From: Octopus bimaculoides | Taxonomy: Eukaryota | Length of the DNA: 59,547 bases | Reading direction: 5' to 3' | Assembly (NCBI RefSeq): GCF_001194135.2 | Contig: NC_068990.1 | Location: 55,919,144-55,978,690, forward strand | Part shown: in pieces, positions 38,476-51,388 of the stretch | Numbering within the stretch: position 1 is the first letter of the stretch | How the letters are laid out: each line of letters opens with the position of its first letter | Notes under the pieces: generated by a model | The model's input: the letters and a program-made list of their open reading frames with translations, nothing else | Database searches by the model: none | Told to the model about the DNA's origin: nothing | Translations under genes and position numbers: made by a program

Positions 38476-38770
38476 TAGAGGCACATGGCATAGCGGTTAC
38501 AGCAGCGGACTTGCGGTCACGGGTTCGAATCTCAGACCGGGCGATGTGTGTGTTTATGAGTGAAACACCTAAGCTCCACGTGGCTCCGGCAGCAGGTAAT
38601 GGCGACTTCTGCTGACTCTTGCTACAACTCTCTCTCACTCTTTCCTCCTGCATCTAGCGGCTCACCTGTGACGGATCGACGTCCCGTCCAGGTGGGGTAC
38701 CTATACGACAATGAAACCGGGAAACCGGCCCTTATGAGTCAGGTATGGCCCGAGAAGGACAAACAACAAC
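38476..38770 (+). mobile_element. tRNA-derived SINE family D (V-domain-like), perfect 13-bp TSD
   Basis: A box TGGCATAGCGG, B box GGTTCGAATC, CCTGTGACGGATCGACGTCCCGTCCAGG resembling the V domain, (AAC)n tail, TSD AAATACTAACGCG at 38463-38475 and 38771-38783. Confidence 0.85.
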
Positions 38771-39605
38771 AAATACTAACGCGAAATTTTGATAGAACGA
38801 AATCAAGGTTGTTAGGATACCTAGAACTACAGTGGTTTAATATATTTAGGTCTTTACAGCTGTTTCCAATACATTTGGTACAAAATTAAATATTTTTTCT
38901 GACTTCCATTTAGTTGTTTAATTAAGTAGGATAATCTTGTTGGCATTCATCTCCAAGTCCAAAATATAAATACCAGTGGCTTAAAAATAAAAACAAAACG
39001 CTTTTGAGAGGGTTTTAAAAGTCCCCTCTGCTCACAAGGCGTCCCAATACCCTTTCACTAAGCTAGGCATAAACAAATAGTACTAAATTACATGTAGTAG
39101 TACATGTTTGCAGTATTGCTTCACTATTTTTATTTCAGCATGCAGTCATCTATTCGAGTGTGAGTGTGTGTGTGCGTGTGTGTCTGTGTGTGTGCGCGCG
39201 CTCGCGCTCGCGCTCGTATTTGTGTGTGTGTATATCTAGAGTTTTCAAACAAGTCATTGACAAACTTCAAATCGAAGGCAATCGAAAGTAATCGTTGCTC
39301 TGTTAGATTATAAACAGTAAGAAGACGTAAGTATCAAATCCCTTTGATATTGGCTGAGCTAAAAATTGCTGTTTCCGATAATCATATCCCAGCTGACATC
39401 ATTATCAAAGTGCGTTCATTGTAGCAGTGTCTTGTCATCAAAATCAAAGTTCTTTGATTCGCCTGTGTCACACGCCTGGCAGTAATAACATCTGTTAATT
39501 CCTTCTAGACAATCTTTAAAACTACATTTACACCTCCTTCAGTAAAAACAATTTTCTTTCTCTTTTTTGATACAATCTCAAAATACGGAGAAGCTATTCC
39601 AAGCA

Positions 39606-39722
39606 GCAGGCATGGACGTTTGGTTAGGAAGTTCACTTTCCAGTCACGATTATCCGAGTTCGATACCACTGGACGTCACTTTGGGTAAGTATTTTCTAAC
39701 CTATCCATGGGTTGGCCAATGC
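39606..39722 (+). mobile_element. Degenerate family B head
   Basis: TTGGTTAGGAAGTTCAC...GAGTTCGATACCACTG...CACTTTGGGTAAGTATTTTCTA. Confidence 0.55.
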
Positions 39723-39764
39723 CATAGAAGTCCATCATGTATGTATACATATCGTATTTTTTTT

Positions 39765-40009
39765 TTTACTTGTTTCAGAGATTAGACTGCTGTGATTAGA
39801 CTGATCGACTAAACTTTGAAGGGTTTAGTCCAACAAATCGACCCCAGGACTTTATTTTTTTGAAAGTGTGGCTCTTATTCTATCGGTTCTTTTTTGCCGA
39901 ACTCGACGTAAACAAACCAAAGCCGTTCCCGTCAAGTGGTGGTGGTGGTGGAACAAACAAAAACACACACGCATAGATACACGCACACTCAAACACATAC
40001 ATATACAAT

Positions 40010-40061
<52 letters not shown>

Positions 40062-40157
40062 ACAGGCTTCTTTCAGTTTCCGCCAACCAAATCCATACAC
40101 ACGTATGTGGTTCGGCCCGAAGTCATAGTAGAAGACATTTAACACACTTGCCTTAAG
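39765..40157 (-). mobile_element. SINE family B lacking its tRNA head, with expanded (CA)n
   Basis: AAATCGACCCCAGGAC, TTTTTGCCGAAC, (CA)n, GGCTTCTTTCAGTTTCCG, GTCATAGTAGAAGAC. Confidence 0.75.
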
Positions 40158-41053
40158 TGTGTGTGCGCGTGTGCGTGTGCATGTATATACATACAAACAT
40201 ACATACATACATACATATATATATANNNNNNNNNNNNNNNNNNNNNNNNNNNNNNNNNNNNNNNNNNNNNNNNNATACACACGTATGTGGTTCGGCCCGA
40301 AGTCATAGTAGAAGACATTTAACACACTTGCCTTAAGTGTGTGTGCGCGTGTGCGTGTGCATGTATATACATACAAACATACATACATACATATATATAT
40401 GTGTGTGAATGTGTATGTGTATGTATATATTTATATATTCATTAATGTATGTATTTGTTTGTGCATCTTATTTCATAAAAATACAAATACCCTACACTCT
40501 GGATATGAGAAAAAAATGAAAAGTTGTTAGATTAAAAACATTTCCCATGACGAATTGTGTTGGTGAAAATTTTGAAGCTGAATTTTGGTTTAAACTTATC
40601 CAAAACTTAATTTTAGCTCTATGCTGTTCACACACACATGCGCACACGCGCACACACACACGCACACACGCACACACCTACACACCCACACACTAACGCA
40701 CACACCCACCCACACACACACACACTAACACATACAAGCATATATCTATACGTGCGCCGACACAGGCACACATCCACGCTTTCCCACATGCTTACACATT
40801 CACTCTTCCATGTAAATTCGAATGTATATATTCTGATGTCATTTGTGTGACTAATGTTTAAAAAGCTTGCTGTTTCCATAAAGCTTTCATTGTGTTACAT
40901 CACAGTAACGAAGATTGCTCTCATCACCTGAATGAGAAAGAGGTGAGTACTGGATCAATAGAGAAGCTGTATAGTGAAAGTGACAATGAAAATGGTAAGA
41001 TGTATTTTCTATAGTGATTTCTTATAGGAACTAGCTTTAAAGAATAAGAGAAA

Positions 41054-41132
<79 letters not shown>

Positions 41133-41479
41133 AGAGTGAAGGATATTTTAGAGTTGACGGTAAAATACTTGTTGACCACAAATGTGCTAGGTATATTTGA
41201 CACATTGAGCTAAACAATCTTCATGGGTTTTGACAACCAATCTTACAAAGAACCATATGATTTTCGATAGCGTTATGAAGACCGCTTTTCCTTATCTGTA
41301 AAGTGAATATAGTTTTTATTCAGACACAGTTTTTCCAGCTGTCGAAGTCTCTACATTGTTTCTTGCATAACGTTTTCTAGCCTCCACCATACAGACACAA
41401 TAGTATGGTATTTACATTTTCTTTATTAATAACATTTATACTATGTGGCCTTTGGACACAATTCTTTTAATGTTTGCAT

Positions 41480-43600
41480 GAAAAGTTCTCGTACGTTGTT
41501 TCCCTAACTTCAGTCAAAATATAATGCTTCAACATACGTAAGTTTTCTTCAACTAAAAGCTGAAGTTTTAAGAATTAATGTTACTTGATATGTGACAAGT
41601 CGTTCAAAAGTGCTGTATAAACGAGAAAAGTTAACTTGCTGGCAAGAAGTAAATATTTGTACCACTGGAGAAGTGGAATCTAATTTACTTAGTTACTTGG
41701 TTGAATATATTTAGATATATTTAGAATAATTTTTGTAAAATATTACTCGAAAATTGCTTAGAAGAGATGAAGGCCTTCTGATAAGACAATCTGAGAAAAA
41801 TACGGTAAATCAAAGTTGCACATGCAATTACTTATATTTCTCTTTGAAGTCTCAAATTTCATTTGGAGAGAAAACTCGTAGACAGCAAGAAAATATTCCC
41901 TGCTAATCTGAATGTAGAGCTAGCTTCCCCTAATAAATCATTAGGGAACATTAGTGCATTATTTCTGTTGTTATATATAGAACAGTCTGGAATCAAATGG
42001 AAGGTGGTAGCAGTAGATAGGTTTAATTATAGATATCATTTCGTTAAACTGACTGCAAAATAATTGGTAAGTAAGCTGATCTTTTTGTCCCAGTGATCTT
42101 TGCTCAAGATATTTAGAGTGTTTGATAAAGTTACAATTTCGGAAGACGAAGACAATTTATTATTGGATAACATCGTTAGAAAATGGAGACACGGTCTACT
42201 TGAGCTCTTGTGAGTTTATAGGGAAGTTTGAGTATGAGCTATCTGTTGACTAACACTTATTACTGTTAGAGTGAAGGCTCGTGGCTTAGTGGTTAGGGAT
42301 ATTCGACTCAGGGTCGTAAGGTGGTGAGTTCGATTCCTAGCGGCGCTTTCTGTCCTTGAGCAAGACACTTTATTTCACAATGCTCCAGTCCACTCAACTG
42401 GAAAAAATGAGTTGTACCTGTATTTCAAAGGGCCAGCCTTGACATATTCTGTGTCTCACTGAATCTCCCTGAGAACTAACTGTGTTAAGGGGATGCGTGT
42501 TTGCAGAGTGCTCAACCACTTGCACGCTGCTTTCTCAAGCAGGTTGTTCCATTGACTGGATCAACTGGAACAATCATCGTCGTAACCAACGGAGTACCAG
42601 TTATTACTATCAGAAAATTATATCAGAAATTCTGTATTACTACTATGGATCAAAGAAGTAATCATTACTTAGTGTTATAGGTTATGAAGAGGAAGATTGA
42701 TAAAGATAGAAGTAGAAAAATAGAAAGAAAGAAAAAGAAATTTAGAAAATAACGCTTGTATGATTTATATATTAACGAGATACTTCAAAATATGTACTAC
42801 AATAACATCAGCGGTTGACGGGTTAAAGATAAATGCAATGACCTATAACTAAAGGGATACTAAAATGGTACAATAATGCTCCAGGAATGATTAATATATT
42901 TGGTATAGAAATATACTCATTGAACTGAAATTAACTTGTATGAAATAATGATTTTAATTCACAAATTTTCAATATATATTTTTTTTAAATCAACATCTTG
43001 ATTATTTCAGCTAAGCTATAATTGCCTTCAGCTCAATGTAATTTTCTGTTAGATTAATGTTAAAGAGAGGTTAAGTTTTTGAGAATTGTAGAATACGAGT
43101 TGATAGTATTACTATGCTTCAATAGAGTAGCAGAGTATTATTTGAAAAGAATAGCAGAACGGATTTTCGAGTGAACAGAAGAATAATGTTTCGAGGGAAT
43201 ACTAGAACGAGGTTTTGAGAGAGGTCAAGATTTATGCAGAGTGTAATTGTATTTTGTGTGAATAGTGTAATAATGTTTGGGAGAAATAAATAAAAAGGAA
43301 AACGAAAGATAGTGTTAGAGAAGAATGGTATGAGATAGGCCTTGCAGTTTAGCAACTTGAATAATTTGTATTACAAGGGATGAGGAGAATGTGAATATAT
43401 TGATAACTATAAACATTTTTCTCACGTTGGAAGTAGTTTTGTGGTTGGAGTAGGTATTGTTTGTGTGATAAACGACTGTAAGATTTTCTCAATAGTAAAA
43501 ATATGTTTAGTAGACCTTATTGGAAACATCAGGGGAGTACGAAAGAGGTTATTATTGCCTCAAGATTACAGAAGTATATATTATCTGTTCGTTTATCTAT
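41480..43600 (-). pseudogene. Decayed Toll-like receptor (LRRs, internal Cys cluster, more LRRs, short TM, TIR), interrupted by a SINE
   Basis: Minus-strand pieces: GNNNLFRTP (43559), ENLTVVYHTNN (43488), NLDLSQNLVLVFP (43232), FFSNNTL, KNLTSL..INLTENYI (43080), NR*CYCS (42816), LKLPYKL, LSNNKLSS (42170), RNNALMFPNDL, LAGNIF (41900), then in one frame YQKAFISS (41783), RFHFSSGTNI, KTYVC*SIIF*LKL (~41515). Many stops and frameshifts. Confidence 0.55.
42270..42600 (+). mobile_element. tRNA-derived SINE family C
   Basis: A box TGGCTTAGTGG (42282), B box GAGTTCGATTCC (42326), GTCCTTGAGCAAGACACTTT; TSD TTATTACTGTTAG (42257-42269) / TTATTACTATCAG (42601-42613). Confidence 0.85.
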
Positions 43601-44979
43601 ACAGAATGAAGGTCGCGCGGGAAAAAGAAATCAGTTTTTTTTTAAAGGAATATCGCTATGAAGAGTGTACCTAAAAGGTATTCCTTGACTCATTTCAGAG
43701 CAAAAGATGCAACTTCAAGAGCAACAGCAGCAGCAACAGCAAGAGTAGTGACATAATTGATAGCACTATGATGGTGAGGACATCAGTGGTAACACTTGCG
43801 GTGATGGTGGTGGTGGTAGAAATTAATAGTAATTGTGGTGGTGGCGATAATCTTCCTACTTGAGGGAAACACTTGGTGCAGAAAATAGTAAGATAATACA
43901 GAAGAAATAGTTAGAAATAGACATTTCTAGTGATATGAGTTGCAGGATTTGGAGCAAATAGATGAAAATCAACTTGAAAGGAGATCCTAGAAACAGCAGT
44001 CAGATATCTTTCAAAAGTATTGCAAATTGCTTTACCAATCTGTGCTTAATTGCATATCAGGTCGTTTTTGAAAAATTCTCGTTTCAGTTTAGATTTTGCA
44101 TAATAAAAGGTTGCTAGTCTTTCGTTAGCCGATTAAGTAAACCCGAAGATTTGACAGGTACTTTATTTGATTGACCGTTGTAGGATGAGACGTAAAGTTC
44201 ACCTAAGAAGGGTTTGAACTCGAAAATATAAGGATCCACAACAAACACCATCTGTTACATATCTTTATATACAAGCAACATTTTGTCCGACTCTCTACAA
44301 ATTCTGCCAATCTTCCAAAAGAAGAATCGTTTCACGATATTAAAATAAAGAAAAACATACGAGTGCGACCTACTTGGCGATGATGTCTGTTGAGAAAAGA
44401 AATTCACAGTCGGAACAGATATCGGTATTAGTAGCAATGTTTGAGGTAACACTCGTTCCATGATTCACATAGACATCAGTTACTGTTTGTCATGCATGCT
44501 TTTAAGAATTTGAATGACAAGCTTTTAAGTATCTACCACGGATATGCCAGACAGAAAACAGTTATGCGAAAAAGAATAGTCGGAAGGTGTCCACTTTACC
44601 AAAACAATATGTGGGCTAAAAGTTCTCTCGGATTTCTATCGATATCGATTTTGAAATATATTTTTCTTGTGCTGAACTAACACATAACGTATTGTAGTAA
44701 CATTGCTTGCTTTTTGATTTGTTCGTGTTTTTATTTGAAAAAATTCCATTTACGTTATATGAAATAATACTAATTTTTTTCCCCTCTCATGTTTACTCAT
44801 TATGACGACCTTCCAATTGTGGTTACTGTTGGTGTTGAGATGGTGGAATTAGTATATTTGTTGTTCTTGTAGCCCGTGGTTAGCTCTGATCCAACTGACC
44901 TACGAGCAAAAGGACTGAAAGCTTTCTATCAGTGAACATAGTGGCGTTTTTTTTTTTTCAGGTATAGTGTAATAATTTT

Positions 44980-45171
44980 TTCTAATTTCGGAACAAGGCT
45001 AGCAATACTTTAAGGAGAGAGGAAGTCGATTACATTAACTCATTGGTGCTTATTTTATCGACTGCAAAAGTATGAAAGGCAAAGTCAACCTCGGCAGAAT
45101 TTGAATTCAGAATGTAATGGGTCATTAACCACTTTGCCTGGCGCGGTAACAATGGTGCCACCTTGCCGTCT
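44980..45171 (-). mobile_element. SINE family A, diverged
   Basis: GCTTATTTTATCGACTGCAAAAGTATGAAAGGCAAAGTCAACCTCGGCAGAATTTGAATTCAGAA. Confidence 0.75.
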
Positions 45172-48100
45172 TCTGGTGAACTGTAACGACAAAGGTTTGT
45201 ACATCGTTGGAGAACATTCTGATAGCATGTAAGTTACTCCTTGAAGAATATGCTGACGATATGAACAATTTTGAGTAGCATTGCTGATGTACTAAAACAA
45301 CGATGCGACAGCGTCAGTACAAGCAGAATCAACACTATGTAGCAGCTAATGGGTTTTCATATGGGTAAGTGAGAAGGTAGCTTACAGAAGCCGAGACTCA
45401 CACTTCTGAAAGGCAAGAATAACTAGCTTTGAGAGAAGCCCTCGAGTCTCCAAATCATATTGCAAAAGCGAAACTACGGCCTAAAATGATAGCGCGTTTT
45501 GAATGCCAATAATGCTGACCGAGTTTTTCCTTGGGATGGCAACATAGAGTGGGTACATGAAAAGAAGGGCTTACAATATGAAGAACATAGGGAATCATGT
45601 GATGTACGAGATTAGCAGTACACAACTCCCACGCACACACAAGCACACTTGCACACACGCTCGCACGCATACATGCATGTATCTCTATGTGTGCGTGTGT
45701 GTACATACACAGACACACACACATAATTGTTTCTTGTGTGCTGTATGGAATTTAATAAAAGCCATGAAAGTGTACGCTTCTTATAGAGATGAGATATTAT
45801 GGGTTCTAAGGTGGTTCCATAATCACCTACCAGGCAGGTATTACACTTAAGAATAATAATAGCAGAACAGTGATTCAAGAACGAGAAAGGAAAGCAGAAA
45901 ATTGTTTCAATATGAATATTGCCCAGAAATAATTTTAGATAAAAAAAAAAGAAACAAACGGAAAGTGAGACCAATGAAAGAAACAACAAACAACCCCAAC
46001 CAAAAAACAAAAACAAAAAACAGTAGGTAGGAAAATAAGCTTGTTCCTACGTAGTTTAAATGGTAAAAACACACACGCGCGCACGCACACACATATGTAT
46101 GTGTGTGTGTGTGTATATATATACATGTATATATACATATATATGTATGTGTATATATATNNNNNNNNNNNNNNNNNNNNNNNNNNNNNNNNNNNNNNNN
46201 NNNNNNNNNNNNNNNNNNNNNNNNNNNNNNNNNNNNNNNNNNNNNNNNNNNNNNNNNNNNGTGTGTGTGCAACTCTGTAGTGCATATCTATATGTCTTTT
46301 AACATTCACAAAACACATCACGAAAGCTGAATCCAGTAAATGGAATAAATGTATGTTTGCTGTGTAAACTCATCTTTCTGAAATAGACAATGCTGACAAC
46401 ATTGTGTGTAAGTTTAAAATTTCATTCATCAGAAAATAGCATTCAACACGCACTGAATTGAACTTGTCAATAAATAAACGACAAAAACCAGAAACCTGCT
46501 ACAACCACGAGATGATACGATCTTGACTAAAATTTCAGAAACAGCTATACTCTACTGCATTAATAAACAGATAATAAGGCCGGGTATGATGCTACCTGGT
46601 TGAATTTGTTTGGCATTGCATATTCAACGCTGATTTGACATTAAACTCTTTAATGCTTCTCTCATTCTTTCGTTTTTTCGTTCTCACTCTCTTCTCTCTC
46701 TTACTCTCTCTCTTTCCCTCTCTCTGTTTATGTGTGTGAGCATTTTGCGGGCATGAGAAAACGTGAGTGTGCTTATGTCATTAGAGTTCAATTAATAAAT
46801 TGTAATGGCTCTCCCGCCCCCCGCGCTCTCTCTTTCCCCCTCCATTCAAGTCTCTCTCAATCTTAGCATGTGTATGTGTATATTTCTGCTACGCACGCAT
46901 GCGGGCCTGTTTGCCTCCAGCGCCAAAACATACTGTCGCCAAAACTTGCTGAATTTTCATTCAGCCGAGCCAAATTGTTAACTTCCACACAGCGGTTTAT
47001 GTAAAATGTAACTATTGAGCAAACACAGAACACAAATACATTATCGTATTACAACTTCTACGATTGAATCAAACATTCCTTCAACGTTTGTTGTGACATT
47101 TTGTCAAATCCAGCAGACAAATTACATAATCTTTCAGACATTTAGCTAATTTTATATACAATGCGTAGCTTAACCATTTCTAGGCATTAATTGTAAACTT
47201 TTAAAACAGCCAACAGCTACTTTTATGTCATATGTTAATATTTAAAGTTATATTGCTTTCATCATAAGCGCCATTTCTACTTCTATCAATATATAACCTT
47301 TCCACCCAAGTAACGATAACAACTGTGACGGTGCATTTAGCTACATTCTTACTGTTTTCCCCGTCTATACTACTAATATACTGATAGACTTCACTGCAAC
47401 AAAATAGAATTGAAAATAATGTTGCTTGTTAAAACATAACATATCCTGGCTAAAAGTAAGTACTCAGCACAGTAAAGACCCTAAATAGACTCACGCTGTT
47501 ACAATGAAACCCAAAGGCAGTGGACACGGTGGTAACTATATATTCAACTTATATGTGTATATATATACATATATGTGTGTGTGTGTAAATATGTATATGC
47601 AAATATATATAAATCGATATGTGTAACTATCTATCTAGCTGTCAATTTATCTCTGTCGCACTTTCGTACTCTCTCTTTCTGCATATATACATATTCTACT
47701 GTTGGTCTACAGCAATCTTTCAAATTCCCCAATGCATTTTAGAAAGTCTATTCTTCTCGGTGAGAGTTATATATATATATATATTTCCCATACATCTTGT
47801 GGTAGGCTGTGTAAAGCCTGTTCACTATATTCGGCTACCTGATGTCTTGAAACGGATGGATGAAAATGCAATTTGATTTACTTTAGGAATTTCATCGTGT
47901 CTGAAGAATTTATGGGAATATGAGAAAAAGAAAATGGAATTCACATCACCCTTTAATATCGACTACGATCGTTTCAACTCATCGCGTACCCGTGCCACGC
48001 GAGTGAGAGAATTTATAAATTGTTCTGGTGCATCATAGATGCAGATCTGTCTCATCAGATGATTTTCCAAAAGGTACCTCGTTTTTCAATCACCGATTAG

Positions 48101-48774
48101 CTTATTTCGATTAGAATACATTTTGGTAACTGTATTTCGCTACTCGTTTCCACGAGGCACTGGCTTATAATTTGGAGCACTGGGTTAAAATGAAGAGGAT
48201 TTCTCGTATAAAGTGACTTACAAACAAACAGAATAAAGTTATTTCCAGAGAATCACAATATAAAATGAAATGTGAAATACAAACAAAAACAAATGAACCA
48301 AATGATATGCTTTACACTGATAAAGTAAAAGCGTTACACAAATCCGTCAAAAAAATCATGGATTGAACGAAACACAAAACGTCATCGGACATTTAGACTG
48401 ACCCTACTCTAGGTGAACTTTACATTTTCTCCCAAAAAGCAATTATATGTATATGTGTGTGTGTGTGTGTGTATGTGTTGTGTGTGTTTGTATACATATA
48501 TGTATATGTATATATATATATANNNNNNNNNNNNNNNNNNNNNNNNNNNNNNNNNNNNNNNNNNNNNNNNNNNNNNNNNNNNNNNNNNNNNNNNNNNNNN
48601 NNNNNNNNNNNNNNNNNNNNNNNNNNNNNNNNNNNNNNNNNNNNNNNNNNNNNNNNNNNNNNNNNNNNNNNNNNNNNNNNNNNNNNNNNNNNNNNNNNNN
48701 NNNNNNNNNNNNNNNNNNNNNNNNNNNNNNNNNNNNNNNNNNNNNNNNNNNNNNNNNNNNNNNNNNNNNNNNNN

Positions 48775-50480
48775 CAAGAGGTAGTTGGATGGTTTAAGCT
48801 TCTATAAACTAGTTAGAACAGTAAATTCTTGCAACTAAATATAGAGAGCTATTATGCCACTATTAATCTGATTGTTCTTTATTAAGCCCCGATTTATAGC
48901 ATGAAAAATTCCGATTTGTCCCGACGCGAAATAGATATTATTCTTGCCGCGCGAGCCACTTTAGCAGATTTTGATGATAGATTATGAAGTAGATTAGATA
49001 GGGAGAATGGATTTGATATAGCAATGGGTGCATATGATTCTGCTCAGTTCACTGACCTAGTTGAAATACATATCCTTTCGTTAATACAGTCTTCTTTTCC
49101 GGAAATAACGGGGGGTTTATATAGGGATGACGCCTTATTTGTTTCTGGGCAGAAGTAGCACAGTACAGATAGAAAGGCATAGAAAAATTTCTTTAGACTT
49201 TTTAAAATTTTAGAACTAAATATTGCTATGGGTAAAGATTACCGTAGAGTGAATTTTCTTGATGCTACCTTCTGTCATGATACTGAAACCATTTCATAAA
49301 CCAAATGATGATATTAAGTCCATAAACGTAGCATCCAACGAACCCCACCCGATTATACAGGGACTAGTTAAGAATATTTCTACAAGAATTTCTAGATTAT
49401 CCGTTAATAAAATTTTCGAATCTCATGCAACTTAGTATGATTCTGCTCTAGGTAGGAATGAGTACCGTGAAAAAATTCACTATACACAAGAAGCAGGCAT
49501 ACACAACACTGGTAATTCCTTTAATTGTAATAAACATTGTACACTACCACAATGTCACGCTTATAGAGATCACTCAGCTAGAGAATCCGGGGCAGCAAGA
49601 ATTGGTCATATCAATGGACTACCAACGAAAACTCATAAACACACGCAACATAATAATCCAAATGCTTGTTCCAATCCTGTACAACACACTGGATCGATTA
49701 GATTTTCAGTTCGCATGTTTCAACCAAGATCGCTCGAAAATTGTTTGCTGCTTTGGACAAATGTTTTCCTAGATAAAATCAGTATCATGCTATTTATAAT
49801 CGGCACACCAAGAACGTATCCTACACCAACACTGCTAATTTAGAGCAGCTGATGCAATGCGTAAACAATAGCAAAATGCGTCAAAGGTTCAATAAGCCAC
49901 CTATTGGATCTAGCGAATATATGCGTCTAAACACAAACCAACGATATGTAAACCGCAACGATAACCACCAATTACGACCAAATCGTAGTAGTAGAAATGC
50001 TTATGATACAGCTAACACGGTAACAACGTCGGTAAATGGAAACGGGACTGCCTTATGTACAAATAAATACGATTAATGCTCATGCAGAGGAAAATCAAAA
50101 TATTCTTTGATGAGTACACATCTTGTATGTAAACGTACCGTGCACACAAAGAGAGGGCTGTGTGTTTACATTGGACAGACGGTTGATTCATTTAAGAATC
50201 GTTATCGTAATCATGCCACCAGCTTTATGACAATCAATAAGAGACTTTCAACATCTTTGGCAGATTTTGTATGGCGACTGAAGGAGGATAAAATGACTTA
50301 AAATATAACTTGGTTCATGGTAAGGCACGCGAGACCATACTATATAATTTCCAGAAGATACCGTCTCTGTTCCGAGCAATCCTTGTCCATTCTGTTGACT
50401 AACGAGAAGATCATTCATAGAATTTCTGAAAGACTCTCGAGATGCCTAAGCGCATATAAATGTACTTTCGCACAATGCAG
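48775..50480 (+). mobile_element. Penelope-like retroelement remnant (RT followed by C-terminal GIY-YIG endonuclease); 5' part lost in gap
   Basis: QEVVGWFK..KFLQLNIESYY; FDIAMGAYDSAQFTDLV (49012); GLYRDDAL (YRDD 49120-49131); VNFLDATF; PFHKPND..SNEP; IARKLF..LDKCFP; CSCR; VYIGQTVDSFKNRYRNHATSF (50167); STSLADFVWRLK; RLCSEQSLSIL. Multiple stops and frameshifts. Confidence 0.9.
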
Positions 50481-50650
50481 TGGGAACGAATTCTGCTGTC
50501 CCCCCACAAATACATGTCCACAACATACGCAGATACACATGCGAAAGCTCACACAGAGAGACACAATGGCTTGGTTTGGAGTGGATCTGTGCCTACGTGT
50601 ATAATGTACAAGGTACACTATATATCGATGTTCGCTGTGATGGGTACGTG

Positions 50651-51388
50651 GAACTTGGCATGACGAAGCCTTCTGCTCACTGGGTGCCACGTCTTCTGGT
50701 ACCTATCAAAAACTGCACCAAGCTGATCGCATCACGGGAAAATCTGACACTGTTTCAGCCAGATCCAGCTGGTTTCCTTCGACGCTTACTAACCGACGAT
50801 GAGTCACTGAGCCAGAGACAGAGACAATCCATTATAGGGAAACGCTCCTCCTCTCCTGCTCCAATGAAGGCCAAGGCCCTTTCATTTGCAGAGAGGATGA
50901 TGACCTCAGTTTTTGAGGATGCAAAAGTATTGTGATAATTGACTATCTTCAAAAAGGTTACACAATTAATGAAGAGGTCTATGCAAACCTGCTGAAACAG
51001 TTACGAAACGTTATGAAGACCACACGACCAGGAAAACTGACGAAAGGGGACTTGTTTCATCAGTGCACCGTTTCAGCACACAAGTACTGCGTTTCAATGG
51101 TTGCTATGCGTGACTGTGGATTTGAACTAATGGATCACCATCTCTATCCACCTGCCTTTGCTCATACTAATTATAATCTATTCATCAACATGAAAAACAC
51201 TTCGTTTGGAACCAATATCTCAATGATTATTACGGATAGAAGATTCTTCACCAACGGGTTCCAAGCATTGCAAGACCGGTGGAAGAAATGTGTACATCGC
51301 AAGGAGGACTATGTTGAAAAATAAACTCTCTTTACATAGAATGATAATATCTTGATCAGTCTATGAACATTTCTGCGTCCCTTGTTTA
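50651..51388 (+). mobile_element. Decayed mariner (DD34D-type) transposase, 5'-truncated, with 3' end
   Basis: LGMTKPSAHWVPRLL, FLRRLLTDDES, IDYLQKGYTINEEVYANLLKQLR, RPGKLTKGDLFHQ, GFELMDHHLYPP (cf. HPPYSPDL), RWKKCVHRKEDYVEK* (stop 51322-51324). Confidence 0.9.

Noticed and set aside
40095-40400. Near-exact ~125-bp direct duplication on both sides of gap 40226-40274
   Set aside because: Identical sequence flanking a short N-run is the typical signature of unmerged contig overlap, so this is probably an assembly artefact.
47940-48075. CTGATGAG ... GAAAC on the minus strand upstream of the Penelope element, suggesting a hammerhead ribozyme
   Set aside because: I could not build stems I-III around a canonical core, and it lies on the strand opposite the element; an Infernal/RNAMotif search would settle it.
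48775-50480. In-frame TGA codons as possible selenocysteine recoding in the PLE
   Set aside because: Most stops are TAA/TAG, there are frameshifts, the clearest TGA aligns with Trp, and no SECIS was seen; ordinary decay explains it.
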